The notes under the pieces: generated by a model
Databases searched by the model: none
What the model was told of the DNA's origin: nothing
What the model saw: only the letters and a program-made list of their open reading frames with translations
In this document: piece after piece, positions 10,716 to 22,020 of the stretch
How the letters are laid out: each line of letters starts with the position of its first letter
Numbering within the stretch: the stretch's first letter is position 1
Origin: Ramazzottius varieornatus
Lineage: Eukaryota > Animalia > Tardigrada
Direction of reading: 5' to 3'
NCBI GenBank assembly: GCA_001949185.1
Contig: BDGG01000001.1
Span: 5,321,624 to 5,385,623, forward strand
Length of the DNA: 64,000 nt
Program-made: the position numbers and the translations under genes

Positions 10716-10877
10716 TCAGGTGTCCCAAAGTTAGACTGTAAGCTACTCAGGATCCACATGGCAACCTAATCAAATTACTATTCTGTAATGAGGGAAATGC
10801 CGAAATGGCGTCAACGGCAGTGTAACACGTTTCGGCGTTAACTCTTTGCTCTGCTAGGAAAGTCAGGTGTCCCAAAG
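10716..10877. repeat. Exact 15-bp direct repeat TCAGGTGTCCCAAAG at 10716-10730 and 10863-10877
   Basis: Read directly from the sequence. The outer copy overlaps the host/element junction; the inner copy lies about 60 nt upstream of the gag ATG. Confidence 0.95.
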
Positions 10878-12010
10878 CATCCCACCTTGCTACTGCATCA
10901 CAGTTCAGCAAATGGGCTGCGACAGGAGAGTTTTGGGGTTCACCTCTCAGATTGACAAAATTGACTCCATTGTTTTCCAGTTCTTCTACATCTTTCGAAA
11001 AAAAGGTCCAGCATTACCTGTATGGAGGGTTGGGTGGTTCCCACTGCTATTCCGAAAAGAAAACGGTGTCGGTATCTTCTTCTAGATGGCAGTTTATTGA
11101 TAATGTACGAGAGAATTTTGGTAGAGCCGTTCTAGCTCCCGTGAATACCGAATGTTTGGCCGCCGTCTATAAAAAATGTGAGGGAAATACCGTTTGCCCC
11201 AATCTGAAGCTGCTGGTACATCTGGCCGTCTTGGATGTCAAATGTATCAGCCTCCGGATCTCCGGTCTTTCGACTCAGAAACACATCTTCGCCTACACGG
11301 GACTCAAGGTAAGAGCGCAGCGTTGCTTTTATACTGATCGTATGGAATGAGCCAACTATATTTCTGTCTGTCTCCCTCTCGCTCAAAAGGATTTCGCAAG
11401 CTTCCGAACTACAGGAGATCACTCCATTATTCTCACTAGCCAGCCCTATGTAGTTTCCGTGTTGAAGGCAGGATAAGTGCTTGAGAGGCATCAGGTAGTA
11501 GGGCCTTAGAAATTTGTCCATGTAATACAAATTACTTGGGAAATTCGGCAGTCTTTTGTGATGACTGCTGATGTGCTGAAGCATCTTCTTCTGATGTATT
11601 CTCGCCATGCCTTGAATGTCCTTCAAGAAACCAACAACCACAACGAAGGTGTCTTTGTCTCTTACGATGTCTTCGTCTCCCTCTTCCGAGTCTTCCGAAG
11701 CATCATCCGTGGAGTACACTCCCGTATCGGTCTCTTTATCGCTGTCGACAGGATCGGGTCCGTTGGCCTGGAAGAAGGCTTCACTTACGTCCCCTATCGA
11801 ATTGTCAATATCTGACTCGCTTCCTTCCGGTGCCTGGACGGTAACTTGAAAAAAGGATATTATTTGTATTCGTAATGACACCAACGGCTGTTTGATTCAT
11901 ACGTCAGCTTCCGGGCCCCGACAACGCAGCAGTTTTCGACTCTTGATCCGGCCTTCAGTACCAGCGATCCAGTACGCAGAGGATTTCCGGTGTGATCTTT
12001 TCCGTTCCAT
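10866..12010 (-). pseudogene. CACTA/EnSpm-like transposase, N-terminal half
   Basis: FDIQDGQMY...ISLTFFIDGGQTF...IINKLPSRRR...GIAVGTTQPS...EELENNGV...LNCDAVARWDALGH. The reading stops abruptly at the YR element and resumes at ~6502. Confidence 0.8.
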
Positions 12011-12626
12011 GTTATGAGGTATAGTTATCTTGATAGTTCAAACGAGAAAACAAACTCTGGAAGAAAACAAGGAGATTTTCAACCAGCGATTTCGCAGTGC
12101 AGTAGGACGTGTAAGAGCACGCATGGTTGCAGTCAGTAGGCCGAATACCAAATTTCAGCCAATCATTTGCTTTCGGCGAAATTTTCCCTAGCATGAAAAT
12201 TTTTCGGACCAAGAACCTGGTTTTTGGAGCCAAACACATGTAGTGTTCGGGAAATTTGTACCTTGGTCTGTCACACGTTTTGCATTTCCCGGTCCGGATA
12301 ATCCTGGGGTGTACCCCTTGTAAGCCGTTAGCGGTAGCGGTACTTCGTGCTTGACAATTTAGTCTTGTATTTTTTTCGCGATTATTCCGGAGTAATTTCA
12401 GAGCCGATCCTGATTACAGTTATAGTTGAGACTGCACCTTGACGAAGTTTCCTGTGTTCCGTATTGCAGGTATGGCAAAACCGGGATCTACCAGAGGCAA
12501 AAAGTCCGAGGGAGGCGAGAAGAAGTAGGCGAAGCCGTCTGATGTAGGGACTTCCGGTGAGTGGCTGGACGTTCAATCATCCCTGAAACCCTATTCGGAT
12601 CACCATTTGTACTTTCAGGTCCAACA

Positions 12627-14554
12627 ATGCGAACTCGGAAGCGGAAGAGCGTTGTAGAAGAAGTCGAAAACCCAGAGAAGAGTCGACTAGAGAACATCCA
12701 CAAAAAAGGTTCGTTCATCTTGTCCAGTTGCGTTTTGGAGCATTATGACTTGAGGGGTATACCCCGTATTCTACCTATTGTCTTGTCACACTTCAGTTTT
12801 CGGACAAGATGGCTTTGACACTGGATATGAAAGCTGTCACGACAACGAAGAAATGGGATGTGGACGACGGCGTTTCCTACGGCTGGTCCCTAGCTACGGG
12901 TGACCAGATAGTCGTTCGTCACTCGAGAAAGATGGACGCAAAGCTGCAGTCTTCCAAAGCCAAAGTTATGATCATCACTGCGAGCAAAACTGAAGCTGAA
13001 GGTCTACAGAAAACGCTGGACGCGCAAGCCAGGAAAGCGATGGTAAATGCTTCCCACATTTTACGGCTATCTCTGCTGTTAGTGCTTTCTCATCGAGTAG
13101 TTTTCAGAAGATTGCTCCAAAGAAACCTTCCGGTCCGTTGTCACCTTCCGAAATTCAGAATGAGCGAGATTTGTTATCGGAGCTGGTCTGTGAATCTGCT
13201 GATGGACAACACGCCGACGAAGATGAAGCTTGGGTTAGCGAGTCGGCGGAAGCGGAACACACAGAACGGTCGGCGTCCCCACAGCTTCAGATGGCTCAGA
13301 CTTTGGATAGGGAGTATACTAAGAAGCCGCGTTCGCCCAGTGTAGAAAGCAGATGCTGGCTTTTCAATTCATTCACCGGCTTACCAGTGAAACGTAAGGA
13401 AATATAAATATTTGTTCTCTAGGAGACGCTGCCACCCTTGATTGAAAAAACTGCTTGATGCGCTGTTGTCGGCATTCCCGACCTCTTCGATGCTTACGTG
13501 ACAATACTTCCTGTTATCAAACAGGCGATCGCGACAACGCACCGCTGAACCTCGGACGATAATCCAGTCCGTCGAAGCCCACTTTCGCCATGAAAGGTAA
13601 CTCGCTGATTTCACGCTCGTGACCATCGAAAATTTCTATCGTACATTTTCACGATGCCTTCAAAATTATCAGATGTTGCGGTGACCAGACAGTATGTTTT
13701 GGGGTATATTCCTCTCGATTTTCATGATGCAGAAATTCTGTCCAGAAAGACATTCGATTATGCTGCCAACTGAATTCATCTCAATTTGTTATCGATTCAT
13801 GTGAATAGTCAACTATCAGACTGGAAGCTGTTCAGGCGGCGGACCTTGTCGGACTCTGACAGCAACGAGGAGCCGTCGATGTCTGCTGGTAGGTTCGTCA
13901 GCACAGTACTGTCAAATGAATCCTATACTGTTGGGTTGAAGTTCCATCGGCTACCCAGAAGACTTTTCATAATTTTCTGCAGTTCTTCAGGTACTAAAAA
14001 CTAACTCAGTTTTTGTAGGCGAGCTGAATCCTAATCAGCGTAGAATTCTGGAGGGAACCAGGCTTTCACTGAAGACGGGAGGCTTCGGCAAGGTGGAACT
14101 GTTCCCTCGAAGCAACGTGTGGGTCTGCGGCACTCGTTTCAAAACCTTCAAGAGTGAACTCCATAGGAACCCGTTAATCGACGCGGTCGATTTGCACCTA
14201 CTGTTCTTTGGTCCAAGGCACAACGCTCTGGATTTGTTCGTGGGTCGTGGATTTAGGCTTCAGGCGGCTCTGGGAAACGGTGTCGTTAATGACATTGTCG
14301 GTAAGAGGATTTTCGTCTACCGCTCGTTCAAGTTCAAGTTCTATTTATAATGGCAATGTTTCTTCTCAGGTTGGATAAACTCCTTTCATCCGGTTTCGAT
14401 GCATGACGAACGAGCAAGAGTCACCAGTACCGAAGTGGTCACGGCGTTTAACAAACGGCTATACAACATGAGAAAGAGTATGGACCCCGGCGAGGGTACT
14501 TCAGGAGTACAATCCAAAGACCTAGTTTTCGAATCTGATGATGAAGCTTTGTGA
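12627..14554 (+). pseudogene. Multi-exon accessory gene with C-terminal BEN-like domain, divergent from the CACTA-like transposase
   Basis: MRTRKRK start, GT-AG introns, VELFPRSNVWV...LHLLFFG...GVVNDIV and final exon EVVTAFNKRLYNMRK resembling BEN helices; internal stops. Confidence 0.5.
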
Positions 14555-14890
14555 AAAGTCTCGCCGTCGATTCAAATGGCCTCCCGCTTCTCTCTATTGA
14601 GCATCCAAAATTGTGAGCGATGTAGGATTCTTATTGTCTGTAGGCTAACTTTTCGAACTGCGGATGCGTGTAAGAAAACTGCGAATCAGTATCAGTCGAC
14701 ACTTCCGCTTCCCTCTAACATCCGCTTCTGAATGCCCTCCCGTACATGCGATACGGAGGCGATGAGGTATATGACAGACGATATACCTCATCGCATCCGT
14801 TTGGTATCATTTGTGGAATGTAGGGGTGCTACTTCGACTGACTTTTGTGCTACCGGTGCACTTCTGTGTTCCGACCACAACGTGGCGCCG

Positions 14891-17578
14891 AGGTTGCCAG
14901 GATTGAATTTAATTTGTGCAGAAGAGGTAATCTGGATATACGTCATCATTTTTTCTACCAATGGGAAGAAAAAAATGGATTCTCCCGGGTGTCTTGATGC
15001 ATGTCGATATTACATGGTTCCTGAGGTGTAGGGAAAAAGCATCGAGCCGATCTGACGGTCAAATACACTTTAATGACCGGTCGACTATTCCCAAACGTTA
15101 TAGTGTCTCGGTGGAGTCTTCTGTGCTTATAATCATGATCATGGTATTATAAGGTTAGTTTTCCTGTAAATAATAAAACTTATGAACAACAGCACTGCGC
15201 ATCTTTATGTTATCCGTTACGCAACAAGCGATAATGAGCAATATCGACGCAATGGATCGAGCTGAACGCTTCAGCATGACAAGTTCGGTTTCACAGAACA
15301 AAGCAGATACTGCACAGGTACTCTCTTACAAGAAAAGTAATGGTATTAGTGCCAAACGAACGCAAATTTTTCTGTCCAAGAGGCGTAAGTTACGCAATCA
15401 AATCCGCGTCCGTTTGTTATTGGCAAGCATTTTCAGAAGTCCGATGGCATAATTTACATGGAGAAATCGCATTCATAAAGCTCTAGTTGAACGTTCTGTG
15501 CCATTAGTGTGAGCTCTCAAAACGCTGACTTTTTCGAGCGCGAGTTACTGGCTCGTGGCGCTGCAGAATGCTTGCTCTGCGATTGATTTCTTTGGTTTTA
15601 CTTGGTTATTGTCTCGCTGAATATCACCCTGTTTTTTCTAACATCGGAAACGGTACGTTGACCATTAAGGACGATCGCGAAGTCTTCACTTTGTTAGATA
15701 TGGCGGATCACTGAACGGTAGGTAGAATCACATACTGCTAAAATCACTTTGGTTTATTTACTATAAAATGCATCGTATGTTCTGTATACAGACTCCGGAT
15801 AGGTGGCCGAAGACGATGGGACGCCCCACGAGCAGATGACATCGTTTGCAACCGCCGAGCCAACTAGTACGCGTATGACATCGCTGACTACATCCGTGAA
15901 GACGTCTACGCCATCGACGATAACATGGCTGTCCATGCTCTACTGACTCAAAGTCTACCCGAGATGGATCCAACCAAAGTGAAGGACAGTGGCGGGGCAC
16001 TTTTCAAGAATTACTCTGAATGGTTGCCGGTCTATGATTTCCTGATTTACACCAAGCGCGAGGACGCTCTGTACCGCAAGTACTGTGCTTGGGTTTTGCA
16101 CACCCGGCTAAGTACTATCCTTCTACTGAGTTGGCCAACTCGAAGTTTGTGTCCGGAGGCACGCGCGCTACACAAGCTCTGAACCGCCATAAGTGGAATT
16201 CACGTCATACAGCCGCCGAGACGGCGGCAAAGATATGGCTCGATCGTCACGCCCCATTGCCACCACCAGAACTTCTCGTGGAAAAGGTACCACCCACACT
16301 GACCAGCGCGCAGGTTCCGAAGGTGCCCTCATCAGCATTTCCAAAGTGGTGGACTGCTTACCAGGCAAGGCTTAGCGTTCGGTAGGTCCAAGTCATTGCT
16401 CGGAAGAAAAACCCCCATAATCACCATTCGCCAACTGTACGAATCCCCTCTCTGGCGGTACAGCAACTTCGCAGCACTAATAATGATGCGCGTCGACGCC
16501 GGTGACGAGATACTTTTACGTCATCTGACGTCGACCTCCGGTCGGAAGCGTTTCACTTCAAGCGGACCACAGAACAAAAGATTAAAGATTAATCTTTTCA
16601 GGTGAAAGAAACACGTTTCCCTAAGACTGCAAGCGAAACACTGAAGTATCTTAGTACCGATTTGTACACGGAGCGCTTCAGCGACGTCTACTCTCGAGCG
16701 ACCACTCGGGGACTTGCCGCTGACTGCGGAGCCAACGCGCGAAATTAACCTCCCGGACATGGAGGATGCCGATCAGATCGATCGACAAGGCCTGGATTCA
16801 GAACTTCGTGGGTTGGATGCGGACGAGTAATATCAATATGTGCAATGCTTTCACTGATAAGCACGCTTTCATTATGGAAACAGCTCTTAACAGATCTCTA
16901 CAGAATTTTAACGTTTCGGATTTCCATATTATGTCTGATGAGAACATAAGATTATTTCCCGTACCTTTAATATCCAGACACATTAAAATTCACAAGTCGA
17001 TTGAAACATAATTTCCAAAACAAGAAGTTGTTATTCGAATTCTCTTTATGGCATTGCGGGCAAACAGGCCTGGATACAAACATCGTGAAACTCTGAGCGA
17101 ACCTGCCAGAATGTTCTGAACTTGCATCTCGCTTGCGCTTACAGCTTTCGGCTAGTTCACTTTCGAATATTTCTACAGCTACGTGCAAGAAAAAGACTGG
17201 TTTAGGTGTTGCCATGTGCGAACAAAGCTTACCATGCGTTCAGTGTGGCTTTGTTCACTTCAAGCGGCTTTACTCTTTCCTTCAGTAACGACTACCTACA
17301 TTCTCGAGGTTACGTTATGAGTGCGCGAGCGAGCACCGTGAACATACAGTAAGACGGATATCACGCTTCACCAGTCGACAAAATTTTAGCCGGTCATTGA
17401 AGTGTAGTTAACCGTCAGATGGGCTCGGTTATTTTTTCCTACACCTCAGGAACCATGTACTATCGACTTGCATCAAGGCACCCGGAAGAATCCATTTTTT
17501 CTTCCCATTGGTCGAAAGAATGATGACGTATATCCAGCTTACCTCTTTTGCACAAATTAAACTCAATCCTGGCAACCT
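14891..17578 (+). mobile_element. Degenerate hAT-like derivative bounded by ~190-bp inverted repeats
   Basis: 14891-15080 (AGGTTGCCAGGATTGA...AATGACCGG) is a diverged reverse complement of 17390-17578. Inside is a TTF-type zinc-finger relic (FKNYSEWLPVYDFLIY...LYRKYC...FVSGG..ALNRHKWNSRH, 15925-16385). No TSD seen. Confidence 0.65.
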
Positions 17579-18352
17579 AGGTATGCACCGCCGGTCAAGG
17601 CGGCAAACCACCGGGACTGTCGCAGCGTAAGTTAGCTGAGCCTTTAGCTCCTACACCTGGGTAAAAATCTTGCTCGAGAGAAAAGACTGCGCGTCATTGC
17701 CGTTAACAAGAGTTGTACGCTTCTTAATCGCCCGTCTAACGGACTACAATGGTTCTTAGCCCTTTTTAGGCCGATTTTTCTGACTACGTTGTTCGTTTTA
17801 GCCCGTTATATCTTAATCAGACTTGGAGTGTATTTTAACCGGACCTAGTCGACTATTTCGTTGACTGTTGGGGGTGTCGGGAACGATGTATTAACGCCTA
17901 TTCGCAACTATTATAAACTGAAAAGATACGGGACCAACTGTCGAAAAAAATTTCTCTTACTCTCACGAATTGGGAGTGTAAAGTGCGCTTGTTATGACAC
18001 TTTTATAGGCTCCTTGCGTGCCAGCCAGAATTTTACGTTGAGCGGTGAGTCATTACCGAGCGCGACGTAAATTACGTTGGGCGAGCTTCGTGACGGTGGC
18101 AAAATGACGACGAAGGCCCTCTCGTTTCGTAACGTTAAAATTTCACGACGTTGACTGCTTCGCAAATAACTACCTGCAGTGAATTCTGCCGTACATCCAT
18201 GTTCCCCTGGTGTTCGTACAGTACAATTGATCCGGGGTACTTTGCCGCCGTTCGAACAGCAGATATCAGTATTTTTTAAATAACTTTGATTTAGTCTGCT
18301 TCTTTACACATTCTGACATTTTTGGCCACTATTTCGATTATCTGTCTCCAAG

Positions 18353-19648
18353 ATGGCTTCTTCTGGAACCTCCACTACACAACAAAGTAGAACTGGACGC
18401 AAGAAGGCAGCAGCTGTTGCTGAAACGACCGAGAAATCGGTCGTTTCAGCGACATGGATAAACTGGACCTGATTATCCTGAAAGAAATCAAGGCCCATAA
18501 TCCGTATTCCGTTTCAACGCACAAGAGCAAGAAGATATGGGAAACGATTTTTGAACGTTCTAATGAGTTGATCACTGTCCACAAGCTGAAAGTCGGATCT
18601 CGTAATGAACGCAACATAAAGGATCGCCTTAAAAAGCTGATCAGAGTGAGAACGGCCAAAGTCAACAAAATAATCAACACGACCGGCGGAAGTGCAACTG
18701 ACCCTCTCTCCGAAGCGGAACATCTGATCGTCGGCATCATCAATGACCAGAACAAGAGTAAGGAACGTTCTCAAGCAGAAGAAGAGAAGGAGGAGGCAGA
18801 GGCGGATGAGGTGAAGTCCATCCAGCAGAAGGCACTTCTAATCATGAAGCGAAAGCGAACAGATGGTGAGTCACCAAATCAAGTAATTCAATCAAGCGAC
18901 TATCTTTGCTTGTATTTTACTGCGCGCAAAATAAATCCAATTTTTAATCAAGTTTTGCATTATAGATGAAGACATTTTCGAAGGTGTTGAGGACTGGAAA
19001 GCTGACGAAGAAAGAGAGTTGGATGTTGGAATCAACCGCGACAACCGTCAAGCAGAAGAGGAAGACGGAGCTGATGCTTCCAACAAAGACGAAGGGAATA
19101 CGGATGGGAAGAACCATGGAAAAGCTGATGGTGCTCAGAAGAAGAAAACAATAGCGCAAATTGAGCCCGGAAAAAAGAGACTTCGAGTGAACGCGACTGA
19201 AAGAATGATGGACAACAAAATGAAAGGTGCATAACTCTCTATCAAATTGATCTATCAATGGACAGGACAAAGTGGTGCCGACACCACTTTGTCCCGTGAC
19301 CAGTTCATTTGCGAGTTGCAGTGTTAATATTTTTATAGTTAATTTGACGAGCATATTTTAGTTGATCGAGAGATCAAAGATGCGGAGCTACGGACCAAGC
19401 TGGTGATTGCCAAGATGGAAATTGCTGAGCGAGAGAAGGATCGCGAAATTCGCCGAAAAGAGCAAGAAATGCAGGAAAACAAGATCAAGTTGGAGCATGA
19501 GTTCAACATGAGAAAACTAGAACTTGAAATGCAACTGGAACTGGAAAAGCTAAGGAAATCTAGTTTGGAAAATAACACCGTTTCTGCTCTCTTGCAACTC
19601 TTGCCGAAGAACAACTCAGTAAACTACCCGCAGAGTTTCGATTACTAG
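18353..19648 (+). CDS. Harbinger Myb/SANT-like DNA-binding protein (three exons, possibly frameshifted near start)
   Basis: DLIILKEIKAHNPY...KKIWETI...NIKDRLKKLI...TTGGS followed by a coiled-coil tail; introns ~18866-18965 and ~19227-19361. Confidence 0.75.
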
Positions 19649-19717
19649 CTTACATTTACCGATGATTACAATAAATCTTGCCACCTGCTCGTGATAGAAA
19701 TGTAAGAATAAAATAAA

Positions 19718-20839
19718 TCAGTAAAAATATTCCTCCAAGGTTGGGGCACTTAGACCAAAGTACTGGCCAGTCTGGCTTTCGTACAGACAAGTATGGGCAT
19801 TTGTAAGCAGAACGGCCACTCTAAAGTACAGTTCAACGGGTTGCAGAAGCACTTGCTGGACCTTAGGGAAATGAAGAAAGGCCCATGGTACACAAAATTT
19901 TCCAAACATCCATTCAACAGACACGCGCAGCTTACTCATTACGTAGTTTAAGTCAGCCTCGGCCTGGTTGGTAACAGAACGAAAAGGTGCTATGAGCTCA
20001 GGAGTGGAGGTATATCCGTGATCGCCATAGATGTAGAATTTCCAGTCTGCATCCTATCGTTTCCGTTTCAGCTGGTCGATCAGGTTACTTTGTTGGTACA
20101 TCCTCCAGTCGTGCCTCTTTCCGACGATAGGACCCGCAAGATGAACAATCAGACCGTTTGGCAAACCCACAGCTTGATACTTTAAACCATGCTTTCGCTT
20201 ATGGCCATCGTAGAAGTGTCGCTGGAACCATGAAGGTCTACCAGAATACAAAAACAGAAAAGTAAAAATTAGGTCAACATAAACAGTATCGACTGAAATT
20301 TTGGTTAGGCCGTACCTTGCAACAGCACACACTGTCCCGTCAGTAAACCCAATACATCTGTCGTATGGAGCTCCCTTTTCTTGTATGACTTGCGCCTATT
20401 CACGTAGCTTGTTGTTGTCCAGCCAGGGATGGTCTAGAGTGTCCAGGAGATGGCCGAATTGATCATGGATGTACTGGATACCGTAGTTAAACATGCGAGA
20501 AAGCGCCGTTTCTTCCTTCCCATGTAATTCTTCTATGTCACACAGTCGGGACGGATAGGCAAGTCGCCTTAGCACCACGCACAAGATTTCCATACCACTG
20601 CACTTTATTCCATTGCCCAGCGTAACCGTGTCAGGAATGCGAAGAACAGTACACAAGCGCTCCAGATTATCCATCTCAAACCGGAAATTCTCCCTGCACT
20701 GCTTCAGCGTCATGTTGTCCAAGTCGACCGTTGTTCGCGGAAGGTTACGCTCTTCAGCACTAGATGCCGCGCAGATGATCAACTCTTCTTCATCGATGAT
20801 ACCCAGACCATAAGCAGTCAATAACATCTCATGGTCCAT
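19718..20839 (-). pseudogene. Harbinger DDE transposase (DDE_Tnp_4), premature stops
   Basis: CRENFRF, LRRLAYPSRL, CIGFTDGT, YDGHKRKHGLKYQ, PNGLI, YGDHGY, MSKLRVSVEWMFG; in-frame TAG at 20396 and 20054; one intron. Confidence 0.92.
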
Positions 20840-21469
20840 GATGGAGATGGGAATTAAAAGAAGCAATGGCTGTAGGAGCGGATTACTCGTTTGAAATTCG
20901 AACTAGAAAACAAATTCCATCCAGCTACTTCTGGGAACAAAAGTAGTCAAATCAACCGGCAGCGTTCGGCGGACACGGAGCGTGCCGCTGGTTGATGTCC
21001 ACCGTTCGTAAAGTTTTTCTCGCAAGAGCCAAAATCAAATTTTACGTCGACGAGGAACGTGAAGTTCTTCGTCGTGAAATTTCACCGTTCGTAGTAAAAT
21101 TCTGGCTGGCACGCAAGGTGCCTTATTTCTGCTTTGCAGACGGCTATTGGTAACATCTGATTGGAAAGCCTCACAAAGCAATCAACCGGTTCCTAAATAC
21201 CACATGTGGTACACACAGGCCTACACACAGGCCTACACACGTAACAATGAACGCAAAGGTCTATCAAGAGCCAACGCGCCCCTAACTAAATAATATTTTC
21301 TAGTTCACTATGCTTTCCTTGTTATTAAAAGTGTTTTCTTCCTCTTTTGAACTTAATCAGTTTCTTCGTTCTAGTTATTCATCCCTGTAAAAGACCATCT
21401 CGTTTAGTATCTTGGTCCTCGACAACTTTCAGTTTAGATTTTTCAGTCTAGTGAGACAGAAACCTCTCC

Positions 21470-22020
21470 AGTTCTCCCCTATTGACGTTAACAGCAGAAT
21501 CCTTTACATGGTCTGCCATCTTCTGAACTCCTACTGTAAAATGTTGATCCGCAAGACAAGATGGGGGTTGGGCTGAAGAGCGCCCGTCTAAGGTACCCCA
21601 TTTGGACGCCGACGATCTACAGGCATCAAGATACGAATGACCGCTTGATGCTGGAAGTTGCTCAAATTTTGCCGTCACGTGATAAGTTCCGACTAGATGA
21701 TACCTTTACTGCTTGCGTGAGGCACGCGGCAGTGCTTGGTGGAACTCGCTCTGCCAAATGCTATGCAAGAATTCGTGCAGCAAACAGCGTCTAGTCACCA
21801 TCAAGAACTAAGATGAAACTCTGTCGACCTCGGGGGTTAGTTGGCAGCCGTGCTTGAGCCGACGGTGATACAAAACCGTCGAGGTGACTACATCACTTCA
21901 ACAAGCCAACTCAACTAACCGACAGAGCCTTTCAGTCTGAGAAGACGTTGGAGCTCATGGAGCAAGCCGACACGCCCATTCGAAGATACTATCTGACACA
22001 AAGGAGAGAAGTTGGGAATT
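21470..22020 (+). pseudogene. Relic of the N-terminal region of a Polinton protein-primed DNA polymerase B
   Basis: DKMGVGLKSARLRYPI...DRLMLEVAQILPSRDKFRLDDTF...H...GG / SLVTIKN*D / LCRPRGLV / LELMEQADTP matches the recalled Polinton PolB N-terminal pattern (..QSN..FRL.D..H...GG...SVITIKN.D.LC.ARALV). Confidence 0.65.

Larger units (their letters stand above)
6503..10865 (-). mobile_element. Tyrosine-recombinase retrotransposon (Ngaro/DIRS-like, no methyltransferase), inserted in the CACTA-like transposase
   Basis: gag-RT/RNaseH-YR order. The boundaries are defined by rejoining the interrupted transposase frame (DAVARWDALGH | xGRSRRQGCTTC), to within about 3 nt. Confidence 0.9.
18007..21123. 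mobile_element. PIF/Harbinger DNA transposon, full length
   Basis: 30-bp TIRs AGGC(T/A)CCTTGCGTGCCAGCCAGAATTTTAC (18007-18036, 21094-21123; one mismatch), TAT on both flanks, and two convergent genes. Confidence 0.92.
1..22020. mobile_element. Endogenous Polinton/Maverick (adintovirus-like) element with nested insertions; boundaries uncertain
   Basis: Capsid and integrase module at 1-4800 plus a divergent pPolB N-terminal relic at ~21470-22020. No TIR identified, so linking the two halves is inference. Confidence 0.5.

Noticed and set aside
10710-10760. Two CCTGAGT motifs in the YR leader as a CRISPR/TIGR-like mini-array
   Set aside because: Only two 7-nt units; too little to call an array. 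Kept only as a detail of the main finding.
17650-17880. CCC-starting motifs as the right terminus of the CACTA-like element
   Set aside because: No matching inverted partner found near 5100-5200.
21211-21240. ACACACAGGCCT tandem duplication as a Polinton terminus
   Set aside because: Simple 12-bp slippage repeat; not an (AG)n/(AGT)n-type Polinton end and it has no partner.
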